Positions 25,870-40,717 of a stretch of 64,000 nt of DNA are shown piece after piece; positions within the stretch are counted from its first letter, which is position 1, and the number at the start of each line of letters is the position of its first letter. The DNA is from the human T2T-CHM13v2.0 reference genome, Homo sapiens, in the NCBI RefSeq assembly GCF_009914755.1, contig NC_060932.1, one strand, 5' to 3'. The position numbers were made by a program, and so were the translations under genes. The notes under the pieces were generated by a model. It saw only the letters and a list, made by a program, of their open reading frames with translations. It did not search any database and was not told the origin of the DNA.

Positions 25870-26255
25870 TGTCTTAGTCTGTTTAGTGTTGCTATAAAGG
25901 CATACCTGAGGCTGGGGAGTTTATAAAGAAAAGAGATTTATTTATCTCACAGTTGTTCAGGCTATACAAGAAGCATGGTGCTGGCATCTGCTTGACTTCT
26001 GGTGAGGGCCTTGGGCTGCTTTTCCTCATGGTGGAAAATAAGAAGAAGCCATTGTGTGCAGAGATCACATGGTGAGAGAGGAAGCAACAGAGGAGGCAGT
26101 GACAGGTTCTTTTTAACAACCAGCTCTGGAAATAACTAACAGCAAGAATTCATTCACCACTCCCCTTCCAGAGAGGGAATTAATCTATTCCTGAGGGATC
26201 TGCCTCCATGACCCAAACACCTCCCATTAGGCCCTACTTCCAACACTGGGGATCA
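25870..26255 (-). mobile_element. MSTB-like MaLR LTR lacking its 5' terminus
   Basis: tgtcttagtctgtttagtgttgctataaagg...aagaagcatggtgctggcatctgc...catgacccaaacacctcccattaggccc...cactggggatca, then an abrupt switch to L1. Confidence 0.88.
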
Positions 26256-27242
<987 letters not shown>

Positions 27243-27244
27243 AT

Positions 27245-29945
27245 TCTTTTTCTTTCTGGTATAGGACTCTCTTACACATTTCTTGTAGGGCCAGTCTAGT
27301 GGCAATGAATTCCTTTAGTTTTTGCTTGTCTGAGAAAGTCTTAATTGCTCCTTCATTTATGGGAATAGTTTTTCTGGGTATAGTACTCTTGATTGGCAGG
27401 TTTTTTTTCAGAATTTTAAATATATTATCCCACTCTCTCCTGGCCTATAAGGTTTCTGCTGAGAAATACACTGCTAGTATGATGGGGTTCCCTGAAGAGT
27501 GGCTAGATTTTCTCTTGCTGTTTTCAGAATTCTCTCTTTGTCTTTGACTTTTGACAGTTTGACTAAAATGTGCTGTGGAGAAAACCTTTTTGGGTTGTAT
27601 CTATGCAGGGATCTCCAAGCTCCCTGCATCTGGATATCTCAATCTCTTGCTAGACTTGGGAAGTTTTCAGCTATTAGTTTTTTTAAAGTAGGTTTTCTAT
27701 GCCATTGAACTTCTTTTCACCCCACATTAGAATGCTTGGATGCTTTATAGTGTCCCATACTCATGTAGGCCTTCTTCATTCTTTTGTTTTTAGTCTGACT
27801 GAGATATTTCAAAAGACCTGCCTTCAAGTTCTGAAATTCTTTCTTCTTGAGCTAGTCTACTGTTGAAGCTCTTGATTATATTTTTATTTTGTTCATTGAA
27901 TTCTTCAGGTCCACGGTTTCTGCTTTGTTTTTTTTTAATGATATCTATTTCTTTGGTAAATTTATCATTCATATCCTTAATTGTTTTTTCTGCTTTCTTT
28001 GTATTGCTTACTTGTGTTCCCTTATATCTCATTGTGCTTTCTTAATATCATTATTTTGAATTCTTAAATTCTTTTTCAGGCATTCTATACATTTATTTTT
28101 TATTGGAATCTGTTGCTGGACAATTATTGTGTTCCTTTGAAGGTGCAGTATTTTCTTGGTTTTTCATGTTTCCTGTGTCCTTTCACTGATTTCTGCACAT
28201 CTGGTATAATAGTTGTTTCTTCCAATTTTTTGGATTGGCTTGCATGGGGAAGATTTTCTGCTAGATGTGTCTGTGGTGTTGGCTGGGTAGAGCACTTCAG
28301 CTTTGATTCTGGGTTTATGCAAGAGTGCAGTCTCCATCTGCTTTCTTTGGCTATAAACACCATCGATTGTGTTCGTGATTTTCTCAGTGGCTTAAGTTAT
28401 GTTTTCTTAGTGAAGGCTGTAGTGAGGTTTTACTCAGGATGGAATGCCAAGTAGACCAATCCTTGGGCCCTAGTGGTGGCAGTAGTGGGCTGAGTGTGCC
28501 TATCTTTGGCCCTCCAGGTGGGATATTTAGGCACTGGTGTTAGTGGGCCCAGGCAGGCTGATTCTTGGGTGTCCAGGGAGCTTGCTTAGGTGCTGGTAGT
28601 GACAGTAGTGGGCTGGGGAAATGGGTGAGGCCTGAAGCTTTTGAGCAATGTGTGTGGTGTGGATGATGGTAGTAGTGGTTGTGGGACATCCCTCAGGCTC
28701 CCAGGTGGCACTTGCTGGTGTTGGTGGTAGTTGTGATGGCCTCCATGGACCACTCCCAAGCCCCCATGTGATGCATGCAGGAAGGCACCAGTGGTGGTGG
28801 TGGTGGCAGATTGGATGGGCCCATCCTCAGACCTCTAGAAGGAGTGCCCAGATGCCAGTGCTGGTGGACAGGGCAGAGCAATCCCCAGGCTCTTGAGTGG
28901 CATGCTTGGGCACTGGCAACAGGTGTTTTGGACTTGTTGTTAGGTCCCTAGTGGTGTATACATATACCCTTGGTAACCAATAGAGTGCCCCAAGTCTCCA
29001 GCTGGCATGCTTGGGCACTTGGGAGGGGCAGGGCCAGGCCAGGCAGGCCTATCCTCAGGTGGCGTACATGGGAACAGGTGGTGATGAGCAAGGAAGGGTG
29101 ATCCATAGGTCCTGTTCAATGTGTTTGGGTGATAGTGCAGTAATGGCAGTGGACAGGGATCAGGGTGCATGCAAGTGCACTGCAGTTCAGCTGCCGGTGG
29201 GAGCAGGGGCAGGGTTTCTGTCAGTGACAGCAGCCTCAAGTCTGCAGAGTGCTCTTTGGCTCCTTTTGTCCTTGGCAGCAGCCTCCCTGATATGTTGTAT
29301 CACCCTTTTGCTAGTGTGCAGGACACAGTGTGGACCAGGGTGCTGGGGACACTGCCACTGTGCTGGGTCTAACCTATATCATACCACTGCAGCTCTCTGG
29401 GTGGATGTTGGGGGATGTCATTGGGGCTTCAAGGATATGGAGATGCAGGGGCTACTGGGCCCTGTGGCAGGATACAGTCTAATGTGGGCAGGGCTCTTAA
29501 AATGGCACCATTCTGCAACTACCTGAGACTTGGGAGCTGACAAGCCAGAATGCACTTCCTCTCTGAAGCAATACCATTATGCAGACTCCAGGGAGCTCCT
29601 TATACCTGTCTCAGAGTTTGCAGGGGTCAAGGGACTCTCATGGCTAGGATTACAAGAGTCCATGGTAAGAATGTGGACCACAGAAGATCTCCCACTTACC
29701 ACTGGACATCTCTCACTTTCCCTACACTGGGAAGACTCTCTGGGCTCCCCACTAATCTTGGCAAGGTCATCTGCCTCCCTTTCCTCTCCTTCTGTGCCTC
29801 AGGTGTTTCTTGTCACTTCTCTGCTGAATTTCAGTGTTCTCTCTTGGTTGTTCTATTTGAAGTATGATTATTTACTCATTATTTTGGTTTCTGTTTGTGG
29901 AGGAGACAGAGTCCAGTGCCTCTATTCAGCCTTCTTGAAGCCCCT
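27245..29945 (-). mobile_element. L1M-type ORF1 plus long 5'UTR
   Basis: ORF1-type antisense sequence; GC-richer, internally repetitive 5'UTR at ~28450-29900; ends tgcctctattcagccttcttg, the reverse complement of an L1 5' start resembling caagatggctgaatag. Confidence 0.8.
27790..28032 (-). pseudogene. Decayed L1 ORF1p coiled-coil remnant
   Basis: Translation contains KTIKDMNDKFTKEIDIIKK and IKSFNSRLAQEERISELEGRSFEISQSD, typical L1 ORF1p heptads; frameshifted and non-functional. Confidence 0.8.
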
Positions 29946-29947
29946 AT

Positions 29948-30202
29948 AATAATAGCTAGTGTTTATTGGGCATTTCCTATCTGCCAGCTATTGTTCTAAG
30001 ATTTTTATATGTATTGACTTATATAATCTTTCTAATAACGCTGTGAAGTAAGCACTTTCAATAACCCTATTTTATTCATGAGGAAATAGGAGCATAGAGA
30101 CCTTAAACAATTTGCTCCAAAGTGGCATAGCTAGTAAATGGCAGAGCTGCCGTATGAAACCAGGCAGGCTGATTACAGAGCTCTTTTATTAACCACTGCA
30201 CT
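29948..30202 (-). mobile_element. MIR, near full length
   Basis: aataatagctagtgtttattgggcattt...atgaggaaataggagcatagag...gctagtaaatggcagagctg...ttaaccactgcact. Confidence 0.8.
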
Positions 30203-30589
30203 CAACATAGGAACTTCCTGGAGACGAAATGAGCTAGCTTGACAGGCAACTCTCAGATAGATAAGAGCTATAGAAGGACTGACCCCCTAGTTCACTGGTG
30301 AATGCTAACTGCAGAATGGTTTGGTTATTTTTATTTTATAGTTCAACCACCAAACTCACCAATGAGCTAAAATCAGTCCAGGAATTTTCAGCCTTTCAAT
30401 TCTCATGACACTTTAAACTAAGAAAACAAGCACTTGAATATTTCTTTGCAAACATATTCTTACAATTCGTAACAAAGGCTTTTAAATTCAAAAGCTGTCT
30501 CTATTGTCTGTGCAATAAAACGCCATTTAAGCTACTACATAAAATTGAGCTAGACACTCAAAATCAAATTAAAGGGCATGATCTTCTCT

Positions 30590-31560
30590 CTGTTGCCTTC
30601 TTCCCATCAGTGTCACAAGCATGTCCTAGGCTCCCTGATGGAGAAAAGCCTCCATGAGCCCCAGCTTTCTGACAATCTGTCCACATTCACATATCTTTCC
30701 TTTTAAGCTTGAATTCTGAAATCACTGTCATCCCTCAAACCACTGCAGTGTGCCTTCCTGTTCTGTTCTACTAAAGGAAGTCCCTTGAACATCACCAATC
30801 CTCTCCTTGAAGCTGACTCTAATGATCTTTTCTGGATCCTTTTATTTTGCCTGCCCTCTCCAGAGTGATGTTGCCTTCCAACCCGGCCCTCATGTTCATT
30901 GGGCCATTTCATTCCGTATCCTACATTTCTTGTCTGTTTCTGTTACTCAGCCTGGCTCAACCACAGACATTTCCTTAAATTCTTGAAGTCCTTAACCATC
31001 TCCTCTCCTCATCCTCTGTTCTTGCCCAGGGTGACTTCATTTCTATTCACACACCCAAAAATGACTTCTTTATGGGAGATGCCAAAATTCAAATCTTTGA
31101 AGTCCTGGCTTCTCTTCTAAGCACCAAACCTACTTTTCCATCTCCTTCCTAGTTATTTTCTTCTGGTTAGCCTAGTAACATTTCAAACTCAATTTGTCCA
31201 AACTGTGTTCTTGTCTCCAAACTACCCTCATATTTGTACCTTATTGTTATTGGCTTTCCCCTGTTCCTAATTTCCTACTTCCAATGGTTTGTCAAATTTT
31301 ATTGATTATTTTTCTTAAAAAGCTTTGAAATCAATCTGTTTTTCCATTCTATTTCTATGGTAATAATTGAGATCTTCCATACAAAATTATCGAGCATCTA
31401 CTATGTCTCAGGCATTGGGCTAGGGATACAAAGATACATAAGGTGATAGGGCTTTATTCCAGTAGGAAGCAAGTTATTAGTGTGACAAATGTTATGATAG
31501 AAGAAAGTATGTACGGTGTGTCCTGGGAGTCCAGAGTGCAAAGGTGGGAAAACAATTGCT
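30590..31560. mobile_element. L2 fragments (both orientations)
   Basis: Pyrimidine-rich L2-like segment (tttcaaactcaatttgtccaaactg) followed by an antisense L2 tail (tatcgagcatctactatgtctcaggcattgggctagg). Confidence 0.45.
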
Positions 31561-32349
31561 ATTGTCGCAGGGAATGGAATTGGATAATCAAATGCGTTGG
31601 AGTTATTTGCCTGTACACAGCAAATTAGCTTTCCTGAGCACCAAATAAACAATTATACAAGCAATGTTTTAGTTAACCTGTTTCACCATCAGCTGAAACG
31701 TTTTCTTCTTAAAATGATATTTATTATTCTAAGTGCAATCTGCCTCTCTCTTCTGACAGTGATAATTTGAGTATTATAAAAGTCTGCTTGTTCTGTGTTA
31801 TGTGACCCATGAGATGTTCAGAGGCACTCTGATTTCATACTAACAAGGGTAAAATACAGGGAAATTCTATCATCATGAAAGAACCACTCAAATGTCATTA
31901 TGGATATTACTAGAACCAGAAATGAAAGAAATGCATGACAATATTGAAAATGTTTTTAAGCACTGCTGTTTATTTTCAAAACCTTTAAAAACTTAATTTA
32001 ATTAATGGAAGAGTAGTTTATTAGCTCAAAATTTCATCTTTAATTCAAATATGCTTGCATTTAGGGCATAAAGTTATTAGAATTATTATTGTATGTCAAA
32101 AGGTCAAATATTGGCAGTTTTATATGGCTTACCCTAAGAAATCTGTAAGCATTTTTTTCAGCTGTTGGGACCAGTAGAATTGAAAGTGTGAACTATGATT
32201 CTTAAGGTAATCAAAGAGAGTCCATTTTATGAATTAGTCATTATCATTCTTTATTTCTATTTGATTCATTTTATTTTCTTATTCCAGAAGAGAGTCTTAA
32301 AGGATTAATACTTTACTTTTCCAAAGGATCCTCTTTACAGTATAAATGA

Positions 32350-32513
32350 ATATATTTTTAAAATATATATTTTAGATAATATATATAATATATTTAATAT
32401 TGTATTAGAGATAATATATGAATAATATATTTAATAATACTAACTTTTATATAACTTTATATATAAAATATATTTTAATAGAAATATATATGTGTGTGTA
32501 TATATATATATAT
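32350..32513. repeat. AT-rich low-complexity tract ending in (TG)n(TA)n
   Basis: Directly visible. Confidence 0.85.
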
Positions 32514-32659
32514 GCATTCATACTGTAGTGGGAGAGGAAGAGTCTTGACAAAGCTCTCACCTGAGTACTTTTTGGATTTGGAGTTCCTCAAGATAGCTGT
32601 AGATGCTAGAGGTGGGAAGAACCAGGTCTTTCCTTTTAATGACAATGTATCTAAGGGAA

Positions 32660-33775
32660 TGTGTGCGCCTTCAGCTTTGTTCCTTTTGTTCAAAATTGTT
32701 TTGGTTATTCAGGGTCTTTTGTGGTTTCATATACATTTAAGGATTGTATTTGTCTTTTTCTCTCTCTTTCTTTTTTTTGGCGGGGGGGGTCTCACTCCGT
32801 CATCCAGGCTGGAGGGCAGTGGTGTGATCAATCATGGCTCACTGCAGCCACAACCTCCCCCTGGGGTCAAGTGATCCTCCCACCTCGGCCTTCAGTAGCT
32901 GGGACTACAGGAGTGCAGCACCTTGCACAGCTAATTAAAAAAAAATTTTTTTGTAGAGACAGGGGCTTACTATGTTGCCCAGGCTGGTGTCAAACTTCGG
33001 GGTTCAAGTAATCCTGCCACCTTGGCCTTCCAAAGTACTGGGATTATAGCTGTGAGCCATGGCAACAGGCCAGGATTGTTTCTTCTATTTTGTGAATAAT
33101 GACATTGGAATTTTGATAAGGATTGCATTGAAACTGTAGATCACCTTGGGTAGTATGGACATTTTCACAATTTAATTATTCTAATCCTTGAACACAGAAT
33201 ATCTTTCCATTTATTTGTGTTTTCTTCAATTTCTTTAATCAGTGATTTATTGTTTTTAGTATACAGGTCTTTCACCTCGTTAGTTAAGTTTTTCCCTAAG
33301 TATTTTATTTTTTTGTTGCTATTGTAAATGGATTTGTTTTCTTAATTTCCTATTCAGATAGTTTGTTATTAGTGTAAAGAAATGCTACTGATCCATGATC
33401 TTACTTATATGTGAAATCTAAAAAAGTTAAACTCATAGAAGTAGAAAATATAATTATGGTTAGTCACCAGGGGCCAGGGATGGGGAGAGAAAGGGAATGG
33501 GGAGTTGCTGGTCAAAGGGTACAAATTTTCAGCTAGACAGGCGGAACAGCTTTTGAGATCTATTGCATAACATGGTGACTATATTTAATATTTATTTCAA
33601 AACAATTGAGAGTGAATTTCAAATGTCCCACCATAAAAAATGTGAGGTAATAGATGTTAATTAGCTTTATTTAATCATTTCATATTGTATACATATAACA
33701 AAACATTACTTTGTACCCTGTAAGTATATACAATTATGATTTGTCAATTTAAAATAATATTAATAAAAAATAAAG
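32660..33775. mobile_element. L1MA/MB-type element, apparently 5'-inverted (antisense ORF2 part 32660-33391, sense 3' end 33392-33775)
   Basis: Antisense ORF2 (cagctttgttccttttg...gtagatcaccttgggtagtatggacatttt...aatgctactgat) directly abuts a sense 3'UTR (catgatcttacttatatgtgaaatctaaaaaagtt...caaagggtacaaa...aataaaaaataaa). Confidence 0.75.
32750..33071 (-). mobile_element. AluJ inserted in L1
   Basis: Diverged antisense Alu dimer; aggattgt repeated on both sides. Confidence 0.88.
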
Positions 33776-33902
33776 GCAAGACATCTAAGAATTAGGGATA
33801 TTAATATACCTAATACTATGCAGCTAACTATTCACAGATTTGGGACTAGCTCTTTCTTTTTGTAGAGGCTAAGAGTATATTCTAGAAATGAGAGAGACAC
33901 AC

Positions 33903-33906
<4 letters not shown>

Positions 33907-33933
<27 letters not shown>
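33907..33933. repeat. (AG)n microsatellite
   Basis: Directly visible. Confidence 0.95.
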
Positions 33934-33939
<6 letters not shown>

Positions 33940-36424
33940 AATTTGGAGGATTTATGACAGTATTAAAGAGTCAAACTTATTTCTGGGCAAACATGACCTT
34001 CATGATTTCTCTGAGTCCATATTCCTCTGGCTCCTTCTGTCGTAATCCCTCCAGGTCCGTTGTCTTCCTGTTGGTCTGCAGGACCCCACGTGAGCTGTTC
34101 TGTGGCAGCAGGAACGGGCACTGATGGCTCCAGGAGCTACCTTGAGATGTGGTCTTATGTTCCAAGAGTTGGGAGTTACAAAAGCATTTCTTTAAAAAAA
34201 AATCATAGTTTCTAATATAAAATATTCATTTACTTTTGCATCTATTCTTCAAGAGCCAGATAAAAGATTAAATGGAACAAATGTTTCAACTACTTTAATG
34301 TTCATATGATCCTTGCAAGTGTCCTCAAGGAAATAAATTTTGAGAAACATTTCAGTGCACATTTTATTTACTTATTAGTATAATGATACTCTCAGTTTTT
34401 TGGTTTGCCCAAAAGAGTAATCCAAAGTGGAGGTATAATTTCTTAATCTAATACTGTGCCACAGAATCTCTCTGGAACCTAGATGGTATTTCAGAGTTGT
34501 TTTATTTAATTTAATAATAGACAACAAAATATAATATTGCCAGTAGAGCAAAGGTATTAACTCTCAAATTCTTACTCTACCTTCAGAGTAAATCTATTTT
34601 AAAATTTTTGTTCAAGAAAACCCAACAATTGAAAATATTGATTTTCTAAAATATGTAAATGAATATGTGACTAAAATGTAATTTGCTGAGAAAAGCTTCT
34701 AGTATTCTTGGTGCACTGACAAAGTACTCACAGTTCTCTTTGAACATCTAAAAGTCTGTTGTATCATGCTCTGGATGAGCTTTTAGATGAAAAAAAAAAA
34801 GTTGGCTAATTGACCTATTTTAAACCATTCTTACTATGTCCTCAGCCTGGAAACCAGAGTGCGCCTCTAAAGAACTGAATTTTTATGAGGTGTAAAATCA
34901 GCATTGCCAAATGGGACTTTGTGGAGCTCTCTGCAACCTCATAGTAGAGTGATGCAGGCTACTAGATCATTTGTGTATCTTTAATAGGCTACGATTAACT
35001 CTTCTTAAAAGGAAATGTGTGAGATGTCTTGGTAATGTATAAATCTTCATGAATAGGACACATTTTTATTTATATAGGACCTAAGCCAGGAATCCCTCTA
35101 CATATCCATTTATATTTTATTTGTTCTGCAGACTTAAAAATGTTGGCAGGACAGATTGCATGCATGGCATCTTGAGTAGTGATGCATTCTTGATACACTG
35201 ATAAAGAAAAATGGGTAAACCAGCTTGGGTTTTCTCAACTTTTAGAGAAAGGAGAATCTTATTATTACTGTACTAAATACAGTACTAATAATCTCTTAGT
35301 TATATAGTCCTTTCCAGTTCACAGTGTAAATTTTCTCATATTTTTTATATTGTGTGATCCTCACAGACACTCTGGGAGCTGAGTAGGGCAAGTAACACCT
35401 TTAAGTTATAGATGAAACAAGCATTCAAGAGAATTTGCTCGGAAATATAGCAAAAGTGATCTTCGAGTCCAAAGTTCTGGCCAGCACTTTCATCACAGGA
35501 CTCTAATGATATGATCTCAGGAAGTCTGAAAGAACAAAACTTTCCAAAACTTTAACTTGAAGCGTTTGGATTCTCAGATTCTAAACTAAGCTAGTACTTC
35601 ATTTTCCCACAACTGGGAATTTAATGATAAAATTATCAATCTATTTGAAAATCCAGCCTGAGAAGAGTATAGAGGCAAAAAAGAGAGTTTAGGCACTTAA
35701 CCCTTGTGAAAGTAGGTGGACATGGAGGAGAAGAGAACTTAAGCAAAGATTTTAATAATTCCCAAGTGACTTTTTAAAGGGTTTGAATTCTAAACTCATT
35801 GAAACCTCATTATAACATTGTCTTTGAGGTTCACACTTTAGAATCACCTTATAGGAGAAATCTTGACCCTCTTTGGTTGAATTCCCAATATCTGTAATTC
35901 AGTGACTGTTATATAATACTAGCAATGGTCTAGTATCAAGGGTACATTTACTTTCTCTATAAAATGGCATTGATTTTATTCCCATTGATAATGTTTGCTA
36001 AATAAAGAGAAATAAATTCTCCTCCTCCTTCTTCTTTTCTTCTTTGTGTATCTGTGTATAACTTACCCTTCCAAACTAAACTGTTAATTCTCAAAAATGG
36101 AGACTACATTCTATTTATACTAGCTGTACAATAAATATTAGTTGAACTCAGTTACTTGTATAACATTTGCTGGGTGTCTTTCAGACAGTACTTACTATGT
36201 ATTTCATGTCTCTACACAATTTATCTTTTGTGCAATTTTAAAATAATTTTTATAATGGATTTTTATAATAGTTCTAATTCCTTCTTCCATATATAGAAAA
36301 TCCACCTACTCAAGTAAATTTCATGGGTATTAAATATTACGTGTATGCATATACAGGACATTAAAATATATGGACTTTATTAATATGAAGACCACTATGG
36401 TACCAGTTAATGATTCATTACTTT

Positions 36425-36612
36425 ACTGGGTTCAAATTTTAGTTCTGAGTCATCCTAGCCATGGAACTTTAGGCAAATAACTGTAGTATTCTAAGGCCCA
36501 GTGTTCCCATCCACAAAATGGTGAGGATAACTCATAAGACTGTTATGAGAACTAAATGAGGCAATGCATAATACTTGACATATGGTAAATTCTCACATAT
36601 TAGACATTAGTA
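36425..36612 (+). mobile_element. MIR
   Basis: ctgggttcaaattttagttctg...ctttaggcaaataac...cagtgttcccatccacaaaatgg. Confidence 0.65.
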
Positions 36613-37020
36613 AGGTTACTTTTAACTAAGGATATTTAGTGATGAATATACAAATGCTTGTTCTTATTTGAATAATGAAATCCTTGAGTGGCACCTGAAT
36701 TGCTTTCACAATTGTTTTTTCAATCTGAGTAAAAACATTATAGATTTTGTTTCAAAATAAAAATAGATATTATAAAATATTTGGAAAATGAAATTATACA
36801 ACCAATTTACATTTCCATTTGCTTTTTTATCATCACCCTAAATATCAGATCCTGTTTAAAGTTAGTTTTTAAGAGGATACTGCTTCCTTGGACCTGTACA
36901 GTCCACTGGCATTTGCCTATTGTGCCATGTTCTCATTATGACACTGCGGGAGATTGTTTTTCTCATGACCACAATACCTCCCATCCCACATGTATCCTGC
37001 CTCATTTGAAAACACTGTGG

Positions 37021-37327
<307 letters not shown>

Positions 37328-37551
37328 TTACCACAATTCTAAGATGCTAAATTTTGCTTTAGTACTGCTAGGAATTCTTTAGCTATCAAGTGTTTACCAG
37401 CCTTTAAGAGGAAAACACTTCCTTATTACATAAAATCACTAGTTACATGGTTGAGTGGTTTCTTTCATTTGAGTGGTTTCTGACAGCTGCAGCAAACAGA
37501 AGGAAAAGGAAAAGCTAGACAGATTTGGGAGAGCTCAGACATAATACACCA

Positions 37552-37723
37552 TATAGTAGAGATTCCTAACTTTACTTAATGATAAGGGCTTGTTAAAAAT
37601 ACAATTACCCAGGCCCTTTCCTTGAAGAGCCTGAGCCAATAGGTCTGGAGTAGGCTTCCAAATCTCTATTTTTAACAATTTTGTCAGATGATTCTTCTAA
37701 TCTGACCAGTTTGTAAAGCACTT
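37552..37723. mobile_element. MER5-type fossil
   Basis: gggcttgttaaaaatacaattacccaggccc...aataggtctggagtaggc...tctctatttttaacaa...cagatgattct...ccagtttg. Confidence 0.65.
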
Positions 37724-37769
37724 CATATGAAAGTGCTTTACAACCTATGAGACTACAAGAACAACCTCA

Positions 37770-38181
<412 letters not shown>

Positions 38182-38193
38182 TTACAAAGGGGA

Positions 38194-38418
38194 ACTCTGG
38201 AATCAGACCGCCTGGGTTCAAATCCAGACTCCCCCACTACCAGTGTGATCATGGACAAATGATTTAATTTCTTTGTGTTCTGACTTCTTTTAATTTGTAA
38301 GAAAGCAATGATAATATTACCTTGTAGGGCAGCTTTGAAGATTAGATGAGTTAACACATGTGAAGGCTTAGATAGTCCTAGGAATTCATAGTAAGTACTC
38401 AGAAATGTTAGCCATTTT
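38194..38418 (+). mobile_element. MIR
   Basis: ctctggaatcagaccgcctgggttcaaatcc...catagtaagtactcagaaatgttagcc. Confidence 0.8.
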
Positions 38419-38476
38419 TATAAATACTCTAGGAATTATTAATAGTAGTGCTCTCATCACTGCTACATTGTGGCAG

Positions 38477-38930
38477 TGCTATGGTTTGGATGTGGTTTGT
38501 CCCCATCAAAACTCATATTGAAATTTTATCTCCAATGTGGCAATGTTGGGATGTGGGGCTTAGTTGCGGGGTGTTTGGGTCATTGAGGTGGATCCCTCAT
38601 GAATAGATTAATGTCATCCTGAGGTGGTGAGTGAGTTGTTGCTCTCATGGGAATGGATTAGTTCCCAAGAGAGCAGGTCATTAGAAAGAGTCTGACTTCA
38701 TCAGTTTCTCTCTCTTGCTTCTTATCTCACCACGTGATCTCTTTGTACATGTCCATTCTCCTTCCACTTTCTGCCATGAGTGGAAGCAGCATATGGAGGC
38801 CCTCATCAGATGCAGCTGCCCAATTTTGAACTTTCCAGCCAACAGAATTGTGAGCCAAATAAACTTCTTTTCATTATAAATTACCCAACCTCAGGTATTA
38901 TGTTATAGCAGCACAAAACGGACAAAGATA
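38477..38930 (+). mobile_element. MST (B1/B2/C-like) solo LTR
   Basis: tgctatggtttggatgtggtttgtcccc...aataaacttc...ctcaggtattatgttatagcagcacaaaacggacaaagata; 5-bp TSD ggcag/ggtag. Confidence 0.88.
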
Positions 38931-39120
38931 GGTAGGTTGTATTTTCCAAAGAAGACAACAATACTTCACATGTTCATACACAATGTTACCTTGCCACTCC
39001 ACATGTTAAGATCAAGAAGAAACTTTAATTCCTCTTTTCTTGAATTTGAGTAGGCTTATGACTGCTTTGACCCATAGAGTATGGTGAAATGTGACTTCTG
39101 AGGCTAGGTCATAAAGTGAT

Positions 39121-39498
39121 TGATATGGTCTGGCTCTGTGTCTCCACCCAAATCTTATCTTGAATTATAATTTAAATTGTAATACCCATCTGTTGAAAAA
39201 GGGACCTCATGGAAGGTGATTAGATCATGGGGGTGGTCCCCCCATGCTGTTCTCATGATAGTGAGTGAGTTCTCATGAGATCCGATGGTTTTATAAGGGG
39301 CTTTTCTCTGCTCTCCCTGCACTTCTCTCTCCTACCCCCATGTAAAGAAAGACATGTTTGCTTCCCTTTCTGCCATAATTGTAAATTTCCTGACGCCTCC
39401 CCAGCCATGTGGAGCTGTGAGTCGATTAAACCTCTTTCCTTTTTAAATTACCCAGTCTCAGGTATGTCCCTATAGCAGTGTGAGTACAGACTAATACA
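39121..39498 (+). mobile_element. THE1 (C/D-like) solo LTR
   Basis: tgatatggtctggctctgtgtc...attaaacctctttcc...gactaataca; exact 5-bp TSD gtgat (39116-39120, 39499-39503). Confidence 0.93.
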
Positions 39499-40717
39499 GT
39501 GATGCCACTTCCACCTGTTTGCTGGAACATTCATGCTTGGAGTCCTGAATTGTCATGTAAGAATCTGATTAGTCTAAGGCTGCTGTGCTGGGAGGATGGT
39601 AAGTTACCCGAAGAGGCCACATGTAGGTGCTCTGGTTGGCAGTCTTAGTCTTTGATTCATCCTACCCACTCATGTGAGTGGAGGAGCCTCTAAGTGATGT
39701 CAGCCTCCTGCTGTGGAGTCACTTCCAGCTTCCATGTCTTCTCAGCTGCGGTCCCGGACGTCATGGAACAGAGGTAAACCATTCCCACTAGATTCCTCAC
39801 CCAAGGAATCTATAAGCATAATAAAATGGTTGCTACTGCAAGCTACAAAACTTGGGGATAGTTTATTATATAGAAATAGTCACTGGAATATCTATCTTTC
39901 CAACTTCATGAATGTATTTATCATTTCTGCCTTTTTTACTGCTCAGTCTTTGTCACCTAGCACATAGCAGTTCTCAACTATTTGTGGAACAATGTAATGT
40001 ATTATATTTTAAACAATTCCTTATTGTTGGATAAACAGTTTGTTATTATTCTCAATTATTTTACTTATCATTTAGAGTAAATACGTGGGAGTGGAATTGC
40101 TGAGTCATAGAATATTATAAATGGTTTTGATATGAATATATTGAAACATTTTATTGCTGTCATTGCCTAACAAAAGAATCATCCCTAGAGAGCCTGTTAA
40201 AATTAAACCATCGACATGTACATTGAAGAACTAATGTATGCTAATTAAATGCACAGGAGTGATTTATAAACAAGAATGATGACTTTTGAATAGAATACCA
40301 ATGGATTAACTTTAAATAGGAGGTTTTCTAACCTCATTGTTCTCTACTTGATTTCTAGGGGTCCAAGAATGTAATAAACAAGAGGTCTACAAGCTGTGTC
40401 AAATATTTCTGTAAACCTAACTTATGTGTTGTTGTATTAAGGCAAGATGTTAACAGGCACGATAAGTTTCACTTCCTTTGGCTAAACATATAAATTATCT
40501 TGTATTTATCAGACATTCTCATGTTGCAACCATAGGAATTTGGTGGCAGAATTGCTGTAGCATCTACTATTAGCAGAGCCACATATCAGATAGTTTTTGA
40601 ATTGAGCACATCTATCCTTTGACATTTGACAGTGGGGTAGACACAAGTAAGGGCTCAGTAGCAGTAAACAGTGCTTAGCTGCCTAAATCCTTATTTAAAT
40701 CAATTGTTTATTAGCAC

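Larger units (their letters stand above)
38469..39890 (+). mobile_element. MLT1 (F/G/H-like) LTR hosting nested MST and THE1 LTRs
   Basis: tgtggcag start; gactgctttgacccatagagtatgg...gacttctgaggctaggtcataa; end ttggggatagtttattatatagaaatagtcactggaata. Confidence 0.75.

Noticed and set aside
28113-29949. Cluster of longer ORFs (up to 171 aa) and repeated ggcatgcttgggcact
   Set aside because: Lies in the GC-richer, internally repetitive 5'UTR of an old L1; fewer stops are expected and no protein family is recognisable.
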